A stretch of DNA of 64,000 bases. Origin: Vitrella brassicaformis CCMP3155. Lineage: Eukaryota > Protista > Chromerida. This document shows positions 1-11,533 of this stretch, piece after piece. The position numbers and the translations under genes were made by a program. The notes beneath the pieces were generated by a model, which was given only the letters and a program-made list of their open reading frames with translations, did not search any database and was not told the DNA's origin. Position 1 is the stretch's first letter. Every line of letters starts with the position of its first letter. Where the stretch lies: assembly GCA_001179505.1 (NCBI GenBank), contig CDMY01000840.1, positions 124,001-188,000 of the forward strand, in the 5' to 3' direction.

Positions 1-9
1 CGTACGTAC

Positions 10-340
10 CTATAAATTCCACTTTGCTGAAGAGCGTCCTCAGCGACAGGAACTGGCTCCTCACGTCGTCGATGCCTGACACCTTCATTATCGGGTCCTG
101 TCGACACCCCGCCACACACCACACACACAAAACTCACTCTTGACGTATCTCTTTTGCTTGTTCTGGGCGGTGCCTTGTGCGGCCAGTGAGGCCCCCTGCC
201 CCTGTGCCCACCTCGAACTGCGCGTCAGCGTCGTAGAGCGCCGCTATGACGAGGTCTGCTTCTCCAAAGGGGGCCGAGTAGACCGTTTCAAGTTGCTTCA
301 GCAACTTCCCCGTGTCCATCGTCACCGGATCTCCGTTCAT
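10..340 (-). CDS. SnoaL/NTF2-like domain protein, 5' part (runs off the left edge)
   Basis: Exon 340..212 (MNGDPV...LYDADAQFE) splices via a GT..AG intron (211..98) to exon 97..10 (DPIMKVSGIDDVRSQFLSLRTLFSKVEFI). This gives LYDxDAxFEDP..V.G.D.VR.QF, typical of SnoaL-like proteins. The next donor GTACGT is at 9. Confidence 0.6.
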
Positions 341-530
341 CGTGGCGTCCTCTCGAGAAAAAAAAGGTGAACAAAAGCTCGCCACATCTAAGCTCGCGGG
401 ACGTAGGGTCTTCGCTAAACACAGGTGAAAGGTGCTCTCGGAACGCCATGAGATGAAGGCGAGTGGAGCAATCATTCGACATTTGAGATAACACGGCGCC
501 GCCCTTCCCCGTTACCGGCATTCGACGTTC

Positions 531-1940
531 ATGATGCCAGAAGCCTTTGACTCGAGTCCCTTTGTCGAGGATGACTTCCTCGAGGCGCTGATGATAGCTG
601 GCGATGAACAGGTCAGAGATCAACACAGCACGGCACGACGAGGCGGCTGGAGAAACGTACGTGTGCATGTTTCTCTCTCTCCCTGTGCATCGCACCCATT
701 CACTCTGTCTGCTGGCTGGCAGATCAAAGTGCATGCGCAGAGGATCCATGACACCATCCTGCCATGTGCAAACAGGATGGTCCAAGGCGTCCAAGAGGTC
801 AGTCGACCAGCAACACAAAACAAGACAACAGGTGGTTAATGTGTTGGTTGCGACGATGCATGGCATGCAGATTCTCTCCTTCAATGGTGGTGGCAATGGC
901 GGCTGTCCGCCTCTGCCTCGTGTGGAGCAGGAGCTGCTCCGCTCGCGTGAGGTGAGCGACACGGTGGTCAAGACCATGGTCACGCTGGACGGCCTCGGCG
1001 GGGCGGAGCAGATCAGACAGGAACGAAGACACCTCATCAATCACTATCTAGAGGTAAGTGAAGCGGGCAGATGCATGTTGTCTGTCATGATTGACAGAAC
1101 ATCGAAGCTTCTGTCTGTCTGCTTCCATCCTTTATGTCAGCCCATCGGCAACCGTGCCGACCACGCCAAGAGCCTCCTCACAAGTCTCAAGAACCAGCTG
1201 CGAGACGCCGGCAACAATGGCAGCAGCAACAGGATGCAAAACAATGAGGTAGCAGCACCAGCTGCACCAGGTGCCTCACCGGCGGCCGCAGCAGCAGCAG
1301 CGAGTGGAGGTGTGCCGTGGCCGCCGAGCACCCCGCCGGCTGAGAGCGGCCTCTCCAAGATACATGGGGACATTGTGGGCATCTTGGAGAGGCTGGAGGT
1401 GGGCAGGGCAGCCGGAAACCGGTGGCTGTTAGTTAGTTGTGTGCGCTTGTACGAACGCGAATCTGTATGTCTGCAGAGGTCTCGTCCATCGGCCGACGGG
1501 TCGCCGCTTCAAGCAATACGTCCCAAGGTGTGTGAGAGAATGACTGCATGCGTCGATGCTCTCTCTGGTGGTTGCGGTCTCATTGTTTCTCTCCCGCGCG
1601 TCTGCAGCCCCCTGCCGAGGCGGTCAAGAGTCTGGAGGGTGTGTTGAGTGAGGTGCAGCGCACCGACCTCGGCCGGCGAGATGCCGCCACATTGGCGCTG
1701 GCCGCTCACGCATACGACACACTCATAATGGGCGCACAGACGGTAGGTGGGCAGGCGGCGACATGGAAATCTTGACCCACCTGCCTATGCCTTTGTGAGC
1801 GGTTTCACTGTGTCATTTGTGTCAGTGTTTGGTGGCGATATCCCAGCATCCACTGAGGGAGAACTACGAGAAGCTGAAGCTCATGTGTCTGGGGCAGCAG
1901 GTGGTCAAGAACTCTACGCTCGCACTCCTGCTGTAAGGAC

Positions 1941-1971
<31 letters not shown>

Positions 1972-2078
1972 GGGGGATGGATTGAGGGAAAGAACTGACT
2001 GACGGTCGTGTGTGTTGATGGTGTGTGTGGGTGTGCAGTGCGAAGATGGTAGAGTTCTTGCGGAAGCTGCTCATCTGA
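531..2078 (+). CDS. Multi-exon protein with a BAG-domain-like helical segment
   Basis: About 8 exons join in frame through GT-AG introns and end AKMVEFLRKLLI* (TGA 2076-2078). Exon 3, VSDTVVKTMVTLDGLGGAEQIRQERRHLINHYLE, resembles the BAG pattern L..LD.I....E..R..RK..V. Confidence 0.55.
1941..1972. repeat. (ACAG)n intronic microsatellite, representative of many (GT)n/(GA)n/(ACAG)n/(CCAT)n tracts in the introns
   Basis: Direct tandem repeat just after a GTAAGG donor. Confidence 0.9.
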
Positions 2079-2621
2079 TGGCTACGCTGAGTTGCCTTTG
2101 CTGTGCTGTGTGAGTCTGGACCGTGACAAGACAGACCATTTGACGCCAGGGTACATCCGTGAGTGAGCCCGTGTGCATCAATCACTTGTAGGGCATGCAC
2201 ACATACGTACACACACAGCACGACACGCTTCGTGACATGTCAGATGGACTCACTCATCGCCCGCCTCCCTCCCAGCCAGCCAAGCCACTCCGCCACAGAT
2301 GGACAGAGGATGTGTCGTTCGTTCTACACACGCTCACACACGTGTCAGAACGCTCCCATCCCATGCACCCACCCAGCCGCTCCCTCCCTCACTGTACACC
2401 AGCCACCCCCTCTCTCTGTACACATCACGCCGGCACACACACACACATACTCACACGCACAGATCAAGGCAGGCAGGCAAGAGAGAACGAGAACGACCAG
2501 GAAGGAGTGGAGTGAGTGCGTCGCTGCGATCGTTGAACGTGCGAGCCCTGGCGAAATTCCTCTCCTCACACGAGGTGAAGGCATGGATACCTCGACAGGC
2601 CAGGCCTTCCACCCGGCAATC

Positions 2622-3381
2622 ACAGTGCCTGAACCAACACACACGCACGGGTTCGGCGACCGACTCACCTGCAGTGCCTCCCCCGCCCGCCCACACGTAC
2701 CTCGAGGCACTTGACCGCCAGCTCGTAGATCTTGCGTATGTCACAGGTGGGGTTCCATTGTGCCTTGACCGCCCCCCCGCCCTCCGCCAGCAGGCCTTGC
2801 AGCTCACACGTGAGCGACTGCGGGTCTTCCGCTGGCGGCAGCGATATGTGCGGCACCGATACAGACGACAAGAGCTGCACACAGACAGACACAGGGGGTG
2901 TGAGAGGTCTCTCCCTGTCTGTCTGTCTATCTGCGTTACCGATGGGCTAGACGTGTGTGTGATGGAGATCGTAGGCGGCGAGTGGGGGTAATAGTCGGGG
3001 AACGTGGCGGCCAGGTAGAACTCGTGACCACCCAACGAACCTGCAGGCAGAGCAGAGAAAGACCGACACCAATCAGAAGGAGAGTCTGATGCATCTCACA
3101 ACATGCTCGCAGCGTCTTGCCTCCGCTCTCGACCCACCCATGCGAACAGAGATCTTGAGAGTGGCGCTCGAGTAGTCCTCCTTGACCTTCACCACCGCCC
3201 CTTCCACCGAGCTGCGCAGCTCCTCTAAATCCTTCTTGACCCGAATGTTCCTCACCCCCTCACCCCGCCGCACCTGTGTGGGTCGCCAGCGCTTGCCTGA
3301 GCAGCTGCCGCTGCCCTCTCGAGAGCCCGACCTCGACCGCTTCCTCTTGCAGACGCTGGCGGGGCGGTGGTTCTCCATCAT
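2622..3381 (-). CDS. Ubiquitin-conjugating-enzyme (UBC/E2)-fold protein, atypical
   Basis: Spliced product contains EFYLAATFPDYYPHSPPTI (E2 F.L...FP..YP..PP motif), LTCELQGLL and QWNPTCDIRKIYEL (W.P...I..I motif), with a basic KRKR N-terminus. The 3' end is uncertain. Confidence 0.5.
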
Positions 3382-3512
3382 GTCATCTCATGGACTGCTC
3401 ATCGAGTTAGCTCCTCGCGGGATATAGATGAGGAGCTAAACAGAGAAAGGTTTGCCTTCCCCCAGAATTTCACGGTCCAGAGTAAATCCATGTGAGTGTT
3501 TCCCGAAGGGAG

Positions 3513-4527
3513 ATGAGCGTGACAGCGGCGAGGAAGCCCCATCGCTGCCGCATCAGCTATCCCGTAGCCCAGGCGGATCTACTGCATCAGAAGGCACAGG
3601 CGATGGCAGAGTTCTCTCACCTCTCCAGGTAAGCTAGTGCGTCGCGAGGTCGCAGCAGGAAACCTCGAGTCTGCACCAGACATTCATGGCCTCTTGCACT
3701 GTCACATAACGGTTGGTCGGCTGTATGTGTGTGTGCAGAGAAGGTTTGTTGGAGCGTTATGACCACCGCTGCATGGCCAAGCGTACGCTGCGGTTCTGCC
3801 GGACTTTGGACTGGTGCCTCAGCCACCAGAGGAAGCTGGCCGCACAGACGGGGGAGATACAGACACTCAGCATCAACCTCGGCACCTGTGGGAAGGAGGA
3901 AGGTACCTGCGGATGTGATGTGTGTGCGTATAACGAACGGCTGCAGGCCGCTCCCTCTTTGTGTGGTGTTCAGATGATGTGTCGGGTGGTGATTGGCTGA
4001 CTGTGATGCCTGGTCGGTCGACCGGCAGCCCCTCGACGTATGCGCCGCTCTCGTCCCTTCCATCAGACCCGTCGCGCCAGGATATCGACGGGACACTAAT
4101 GAATAGGGAGAGGGAGAGGGAGAGCTCATTCATCCCCTCCAGCCCACCCACCGGACCAACCAAACCAGAGGTGACCACACAAGCGGGACAAGTCATCCGC
4201 TTGCGATGCTGCCGCTCGGTCTCATATCATCTCTGTCTGCAGGAGTCTCCCGAGACGCCTCATTTCGCCATATGCTCTGCTCCCGTATCCCCCACTGACT
4301 CGCCGCAGCCGCAGGCCAGCCCGCCGTCCCCGTTCTCCTCGCCCATTCCCACATCTTTGTCATCGTCGCGGCTGCTGCACCCGAACGCATCGCCGCCGAC
4401 GGTGCACCAGTTGCGGATGACCACGCCGGTAGCCATGGCGAGGAGGGTGGCGTTGTGTCCCGTGAGGAGGCGGGAGGAGTTGGGGGGAGGGGCGAGGTCG
4501 TCGTCGGTGCCTCCTGGGTGTGAATGA
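3513..4527 (+). CDS. Hypothetical protein (4 exons, Ser/Pro-rich C-terminus)
   Basis: ATG 3513 with three GT-AG introns (gtaagc..gtgcag, gtacct..ctgcag, gtgacc..ctgcag). Splicing keeps one frame through EGLLERYDHRCMAK..., RSLFVWCSDD... and ESPETPHF...PPGCE*. No domain recognised. Confidence 0.45.
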
Positions 4528-4773
4528 GGGCGGGATGGCCGAGTAGTACGGTGGATGGTGGTGAATGGTCTCCATGGATGGGATGGGTGGGAGGTGTGTG
4601 TGTGTGTGTATAGATGGATGGACAGTGTATTGATTGCATGACTGATCCAACACATACATATATACATACATACATGGATGGATGGACCTGGAGGCAAGTC
4701 TCCGCTCCGTTTCGCAAGCCGGACAACACAGACAGGCCAGCCCTGTCCCCATGCAGTGCGTGCATCAGATCGG

Positions 4774-7700
4774 TCAATAGACAAGGTTCCTGGCCATCGT
4801 GTCGGGCCTCGTGTCCTCTTCCTCGACCTAACACACACACACAACCAGAGAAGAAGACAATATACTAATGTGATGCCGTAAGTAGCTCACCTCCATCTGG
4901 GGTGAGGCATCGACTCCCGCAGCTCGCACACACTGCCTCTTCCTCTCTGCCTCACCCCCCTCCCCACTCGTCGGCCGCCCATTAGTGCCATTCCCCAACC
5001 TCGGCAGCTTGTCCGACCGTGCGAGCATGACCTTGATCACTCCCCCGTCAGGATGGGGCATCAGCAAAGGCAGCCGGGGCGGCGACGCGTCCAGCGAGTG
5101 CCGCTTGCGCGACAACGCACGACCACCGGGGGACGACGACAAAGCGGGGGAGGGAATCTTCGACGAATACGCAAAGGGGCCCTGATCAAAAGATGGAGAC
5201 ACACACATGGATGTAGAGAGACACGGAGGGAGAAGAGACACGGATGCTCACTTTGCTGGAGACACGGGATGCCACGGTCGGCAGCGCACGAAACCCCCTC
5301 ATCATCGAGTCGCGAGACCCTCTCTGCTCTGCCGGGCTGGGGGGCGGGAGGGGCTTTGGCGGGGGGGCCTCGTCGTGCACGAAAGGGGGCATCTGCTGCA
5401 TCGTGGGGGCGTAGATGCGGTAGGTGTCTGTGCCACGGATGTCCACCAGCGACTTGCTGGGGCCTCGCCGCCTCGCTCGCAAGGCAGCGTCCTCCTGCAT
5501 GACGATCGATCAAATACAATGGAACAAACAAACCGGCATCGCCATACTTACCTCTCTCATCTGAGCAACATACTTCTTCGCTGCCTCTCGTCTCAGCCTA
5601 ATGTCCTCCCCCTCCTCCCAGCGCGCCTCTTCGACAACGTAGTAGGCGCCCATCGTCCCCTGCCGGCCGGGTGGCGGACCGGGCAGCACCAAGAAGCCAC
5701 TCGGGAAGGCAGATAAGCGAGAAGGCTCGCTCGCCCTGTGATTCGTTCTGCGTGTGCCCCGTGGGACAGCTGTTGGCGCGGCTGAGTCGGGAGCGTGGGT
5801 GTGGGCGACGTAGGGTTCAGGAACATGTTGAACACGTAGCTGCGTGCCATTAGCACCAGCAGCAGGGAAGCCCTCATAGCAAGTGTCGGCGGCCCACGGT
5901 AGGGGAGGGGCAGGTGCCGGTGCCGGTGCCGGAACAGAGACGGGGGCGGGAGGAGCAAGAGGAGCGGGAGGGGTGCGCTTCTCTTCCTTGGAGGATGGCT
6001 TGGAAGACTTGGATGATGACGCTGGAGGCGTGTGTCGTGCCCCAATCCCAACACGGATGCCCGCCTTGTGCAGCGCCGCCGTCACCGTCTGCTCCGTCAC
6101 CGACCGGGCCATCTTCTCAACCACCTCCATGATCTCCGCCTCCATCTGCATCGGTAGCCACCCGATCGCCCCCTGGGAGGCCTGGTCTCGCGTCTCGGGG
6201 CGGTCGGGGTCTCCCACACTCAGCACACTCGCCGGCCGCTCGGAAGAACTTGCTGGCGGAGACGGCCCATGTGTGTCTGGTTGTTGCGGTAGCGCTAGTG
6301 GTGTCTCTGCGCGTTGATGGGGAGACGGTGGTTTCCCGTCTTCCTGTGTGGCCAGGGAGTGTCGCTGGTGGTCGGCTGCTGGTGACGCGGGAGAGCTTTG
6401 TACGGCCTCCTCAAAGTCATCCTCGTACGAGTCCTTTTGGATGGGAGAGGCGTCCATGAAAGGATGCTCCTGTTCGTGAGATGGAGCGTCGCTCAGCAAG
6501 AGCTGGATCCTGCGGACGGTCTCCTCTCGCTGCTGCTCGGGCTGCATCTCCAATGTCGCACGATGACCGTGATCGCGATCATGACGGCGAGCGGGGGCCT
6601 CGACAACAGTAGGCTGCTGCTGCTGCTGCTGCTCTCGTGTCTGTGTCTCCTCCTCTGCCGAATGCTCTGCCTCTGATACGTCTGCCATGTGTTGCTCTTC
6701 CTCAGATGACATCGCCGCGTGTTGTTGTTGCTGCTCCTCACGTTGAGGCTGATCAGCGAGCCGGCCATCCTCCTCCCTGACACTGCTTGCCTCTTCAGCA
6801 GATTTGTGAGACTCCTCAGCTGCCACTGCCGTGACGAGACCGATGTCGGCAGCCTCGGGGGGAGATATCTCGACCGCCTTTTCCATCTCGTGTATCGACG
6901 TCGCATCCGCTGACGAGCCAGAACTGTCCCTCTTCTGCTGGGCCGCCACGGCGACCTCCATCAGCTGCGGTGGGGGCTCCTCGCCCCGGTCGTCCACGAT
7001 GTCTTCGGATGAATAGCCCAGGGCCATCGTGTCTCCTCCCTTCAACACCGCCACATCCCTCTGATGCCGTCCTTCAGCGGTGGGCGGGGGCGTGAACCAG
7101 TCCTGCGGGGCCTGCAGCGCCTCGGCGAGCAGCTCCGACAGACACGCCTGGATGAGGTGTTCGATCTCTTCCTCGATGACGGCATCGCACATCCGCATGG
7201 CACACACCTCCACTGCGCCCATGACAGGGGACTCAGGACGGTAAGATCTGTCCACAGGCGAGCTGTGGGGCGCCACTCCTCCTGGTGGAACCTCGAGGTC
7301 GCCATCATGCGGCGTTTGGTTGGTGGGCGGCTGCAGGCCGGAGGCCTCCAGGGGGTCATGTGAGCAGAGAGTCACCGTGCCATCCCAGGGCGGGTGGTGT
7401 ACCTCAGCAGAAGCGACCTCCCTCTCCCTGTTTTCTGCATGGTCCTCGATATCTCTGATAAGAGAGAGAGACAGGAGAGGCAGGTGTAGTGTACTGGAGC
7501 GTCTTGCATACATGGCTGGTAACTCTTACGCCTGTGCCTGTGGCTGTGTCGCTGTTTCATCTCCAGATATGGCGGCCCCTGGGGGTCCACTTGGTGGTAC
7601 CTGATCAGCGTCAGCAGGCAGGTTCTCCTCGCTGCTCTCCTGGATGGTCATCAGCGGAGGTCCCTCGGGACTCTCCTCTTGCCACTCGGACTGCTCTGTG

Positions 7701-10700
7701 GCAGGGCCGGCCTCGTCCAGGTGCAGGATATTGACCCCGTGTGAGGGCTCTTCAGGCTGATGATGGTCTTCCTGTAAGCGGCAAGACACCGACCGACACA
7801 TCTTGTTGGAATACATACACTATACACGTGTCTATAGGTCGGTCACCTTCGTGGCCTCCTCAGCTTCAATTCTGTCCTCTTCTGAGTCGCGCCGCCTCGT
7901 CTTTGGCCGTGGAAACTCGCCCTCATGTCTCTCCGTCTCCTGCAGGGGGGCTGCGGCCTCTGTCTGCGTCACTGCCGGTGTGTGTGGAACAGGCGTTTGT
8001 GTCGAGAGACTCCAGTAGAGGTTCAGAAGATATGGGCGGGCGACCGCTGCATTGACGATCTCAGGATCGGACCACACCACCGACGGAGCGGAGGATAGAG
8101 GGGCGCTGCACGGCTTGGCGGGCGAATGCTGCCGCTGCTGGCGGTGTTGCTGTTGCTGGTGGTCAGGTTCCCCTTGCGGGGCGGGGGGCTCAATGACAGC
8201 CCGGACCGGCCCTGGCGCAGCTTGGGTCGGTTGTGTCACAGCTTTAACCTCGTCCATGTGGTCCACAGTCGTCTCTTCGACCTCCTCCATTGCTTTGCCG
8301 CTGACCACGAGCGCCACCTGTTGCTCCTGGTCTTGTTCCTCTCTCGGCTCGGCAGACTCAGTCATCTGCTCGATTGGTGCCGCTCTGTTTTCATGCTGCT
8401 CCTTCGCCGCAGCCTCCTCTAAGTCCCTGGCGACCGGCGCAGCCTCGGGTGGCTCTCCAGCCCAATCCGCTCCTGCTGTTGTGTCTTCCGCGTCAGCCGG
8501 TGTTTCCCCCACCGGCCCACGCGCGAGAAGCGGCTCGGGCTGCCGCTGCTCCGATTCCTTTGCATTGCCTTCAATCGCCGTGTCAGCTTCTGCCTGCTCC
8601 TCTACCGGGGCCTGAGGGGCTGCTGGGATGGCAGGGGGAGCTTCAAAGAGAGCCGGCTCATCAGGGGGTCTTGTTTCCCTCACTGCTGTCTCCTCTGCCT
8701 CATGTTGCTCTTGATCTTGCGGTGGCTGCGGCTGCGTCACTTCAGTGTCGACTGGAGGAACGCGAGCGGGTTGGTTCAGCTGCTCTTGACCCACGTCTGG
8801 GAGAGGGGGTGGCTGAGAGGTGTCGATCGGTTGTTTTCGTTGGGAGTCGGGTGGAGAGTGGAGGACACACTCGGCACTGGTCTTGCAGGTGGACCGCATC
8901 TCAGCCTCGGAGAGCGGGAACTCCTCCCCCGGAAGCACATGCGACCACAGAATCGCCATCGCCCTGACAGACAGACCCAGCAAACAGTCAAGCCTTCCCA
9001 TCAACCTCACCTGCTTGCTCCTTGATTTTCTCATTACCTACCTGGCTTTTGTCAGCAGCAACTGCGCCATGCTCCTGTGTGGGTTGTCCCACCTCACACC
9101 CTTCCTCCTTTCCCCACCATCAGGAGACCTCTCATTTGACCAGTAGCTGGTGGGTCTGGGCCAATCGGTCTCCTGCTCCCTCTCGGCCTCGATGAAGGAG
9201 GACAGCTGCTCGTCGATCACCGGGTAGGGGCCGCGCCATGTGCCCTCAGCCGACAGAATTGCAGGCCTGTGGAAGAGGGAGAGAAGGTGGTTTGCCATCG
9301 GGGGACGGATCGAGGACGGCGTTGAGAGGAAAGACATATGGGCTCTGTGGGAAAGGGGAGAGAGAGACACGTGATAAGCACTTGCTTGCGGCGCCCTTTG
9401 TGTGTGAGTGGCAGGATACGTACTTGAGGAAATCGGCGAGGTCGGTGAAAAATGCTTCGAGAGGGTGCTGCCACTGAGACTCGCCAAAGCCCCAGTGGTA
9501 GAAGTACACCCGGCCCCTGCTGTCCAGACGAGCGCTCCATGGGTAAGGCAAGTCCACCCTATCAACACATACATCACGACACAACCCATTGTGTCTGGCT
9601 GTCCTTTAAGACAGACCCATCTTCTTCCTTAAGTAATTTTTACATGAAAATGGGCTTCAAGATGCCCTTCAGTGTATCGTCTCCTTCCGACAACTTGCCC
9701 AGATGTGACAGGTAACCCTCAGGCCGCATCCACTTGGACACAGCGACGGAGCGATCCCCAAATGGCTCCCGGCTCCAAAAGCACTGTTCCTCGTCAAGAC
9801 GCCGAGGCACCAATAAAGTCCCCTCCTTGCCCAGCACATCCATCATGCCGACGCCTCTCCCGTCATCTAGCTCCTCCTCATATGTGACGGGCAGCCGCCC
9901 GGCCCTGCCCACCTCCTCCACCCCATGAGACAGGTCCAGCCGACCTCCATGCAAAAGAGGTGTCAGCCCCGCCCCCTTTATCGTCCCACCGAGAGGTACT
10001 TTCGCCTGCTCGACCGAACCAGAGGACGGCAGCCTGCCGAAGGACCGCTTCCCAGAGGGGAGTGGCTGCAGGGTTGAGCGTGGCGGCTGTGCGCTGCTGG
10101 AAACGGCGACATCTGCTTCGTCGGAGGATATGGGTGGCGGCATGGGCGGCTGCTGGAGGGACTGTGTGAGTCGGTGCGGGGGCCGGCGGGCCTTGGCATC
10201 CAGATGCTCGCGGTACACGGGGTCCAGAATCTCTGGAACAAAGCAGATCAGAGGAGGTCCCAGGATGCCCTGGTTGGGCTGATTGCAACTTACTCGACAA
10301 AAATGTCTGTCTGAAGTCAAAGTCATACTGCAGAACGTCGCGAGGGTTCTCCCACCTTAAGTCAGCACACAGACAGACAGCAAGGCGTCCGACTCACATT
10401 GAATGGAATGTCATGCTCACGTGCTCTCCTGTGTGGCGGGGTCATAATAGTATGTGAGTCCCTCCTCCGTCGTGTACGCCCGCCACTTCTGGATCTCACT
10501 CGACACACGCTGGTGGTGCACAAGCAGCTCCTCCTTGATCAGCGCCTCTCGCTGTGGCCTGCAGATGGCAAATAGAGGCGTCATGGATGAGAAGCGCAGT
10601 CGACGTGAGATGACTTTTTTACGATGCGTATGTGTTGCGGAAAGTGTCTCTGAGATAGGCGAATGTGTCATGGAGTGGGTGCTTCCACGCGCTCCGCCTC

Positions 10701-11167
10701 TCGGTCGGATGCCAATAGAAGACCCGGCCCTTCTTGTCGGCCTTGGCCACCCAAGGCGCTGGCAGGGGGCAGTCGAATGCCTCCTGCAGGAACGCGTAGA
10801 GTTGAGGCTCTTTGTCCACGTCCTGTTCATGCAGCGAATCAGCAATGAATCCCACATCTATCCAAGATGCACTATTCCCCTGCCTACTTGTTTGTTCGCC
10901 TACCACGCCCAAGTGCTTGGCATACCCCCTCTTGTCCTTGACAGCCGTCTTGGTGCTCCTCCTGTGTGGACTCGCCGCTCCACTGGCGGCGCTCACGGCG
11001 GTCATGACGCTCCCATGCGGCTGGTAGGCGGCGTACAGCGGCACGGCAGCCTGAGCTCCGAATGCCGGGTGCATCACTGGCATGGACAGCTGCCCATAGG
11101 GCATGGAGGCCTGGAGGGCGGCGGACGGGGGAGGGTAATATGCCATCGAGGGATGAGATGAATACAT
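4774..11167 (-). CDS. Large multi-WW-domain protein, CEP164-like N-terminal modules followed by a long acidic/Pro-rich low-complexity region
   Basis: WW1 LPAPWVAKADKKGRVFYWHPTERRSAWKHP, WW2 KWRAYTTEEGLTYYYDPATQESTWENP (spliced), WW3 LPYPWSARLDSRGRVYFYHWGFGESQWQHP, and a degenerate WW4 ending VRWDNP. The long exons 7832..9034 and 5510..7513 are on the same strand. The last exon ends MARNLVY* (TGA 4774-4776). Confidence 0.7.
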
Positions 11168-11533
11168 GGCCACCTTCGAAGAGAAAAGCGTGCACGGCCC
11201 CCATAGCCCCCCACCCAAATTTACCAGACGGCGAGCTGCTCTCAGATTCTCATGATCTCTCTCCATCCCGATCTCAGAACCTCTGTTGTCATTCGTGACG
11301 AGGCTCTCATTTCTGCTCACTTGGAGCTGAAGCGTCGACATGCAGGCATCTGACATTGAAACAGGCAGCACGGCATCATCATCCTGCCCCCTGTCGCCAG
11401 ACCTCCGCCCTGCGACCATGCCGCCACCACCGCCACAGAACAGCAAGTGCATCATACCGGCGGTGGGCCGCTCCTGCGGTGTGCACAGCAGCGACTGGCG
11501 GCAGGTGAGGAGGATAAGGGGCGGGAAAGTGGC

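Noticed and set aside
288-1040. 250-aa minus-strand ORF
   Set aside because: It is the antisense shadow of the spliced + strand gene. GC-rich coding DNA often leaves the opposite strand open, and no motifs are present.
8052-9025. Several + strand ORFs of 100-200 aa opposite the WW gene
   Set aside because: They are antisense to low-complexity exons, with no splice logic or domain.
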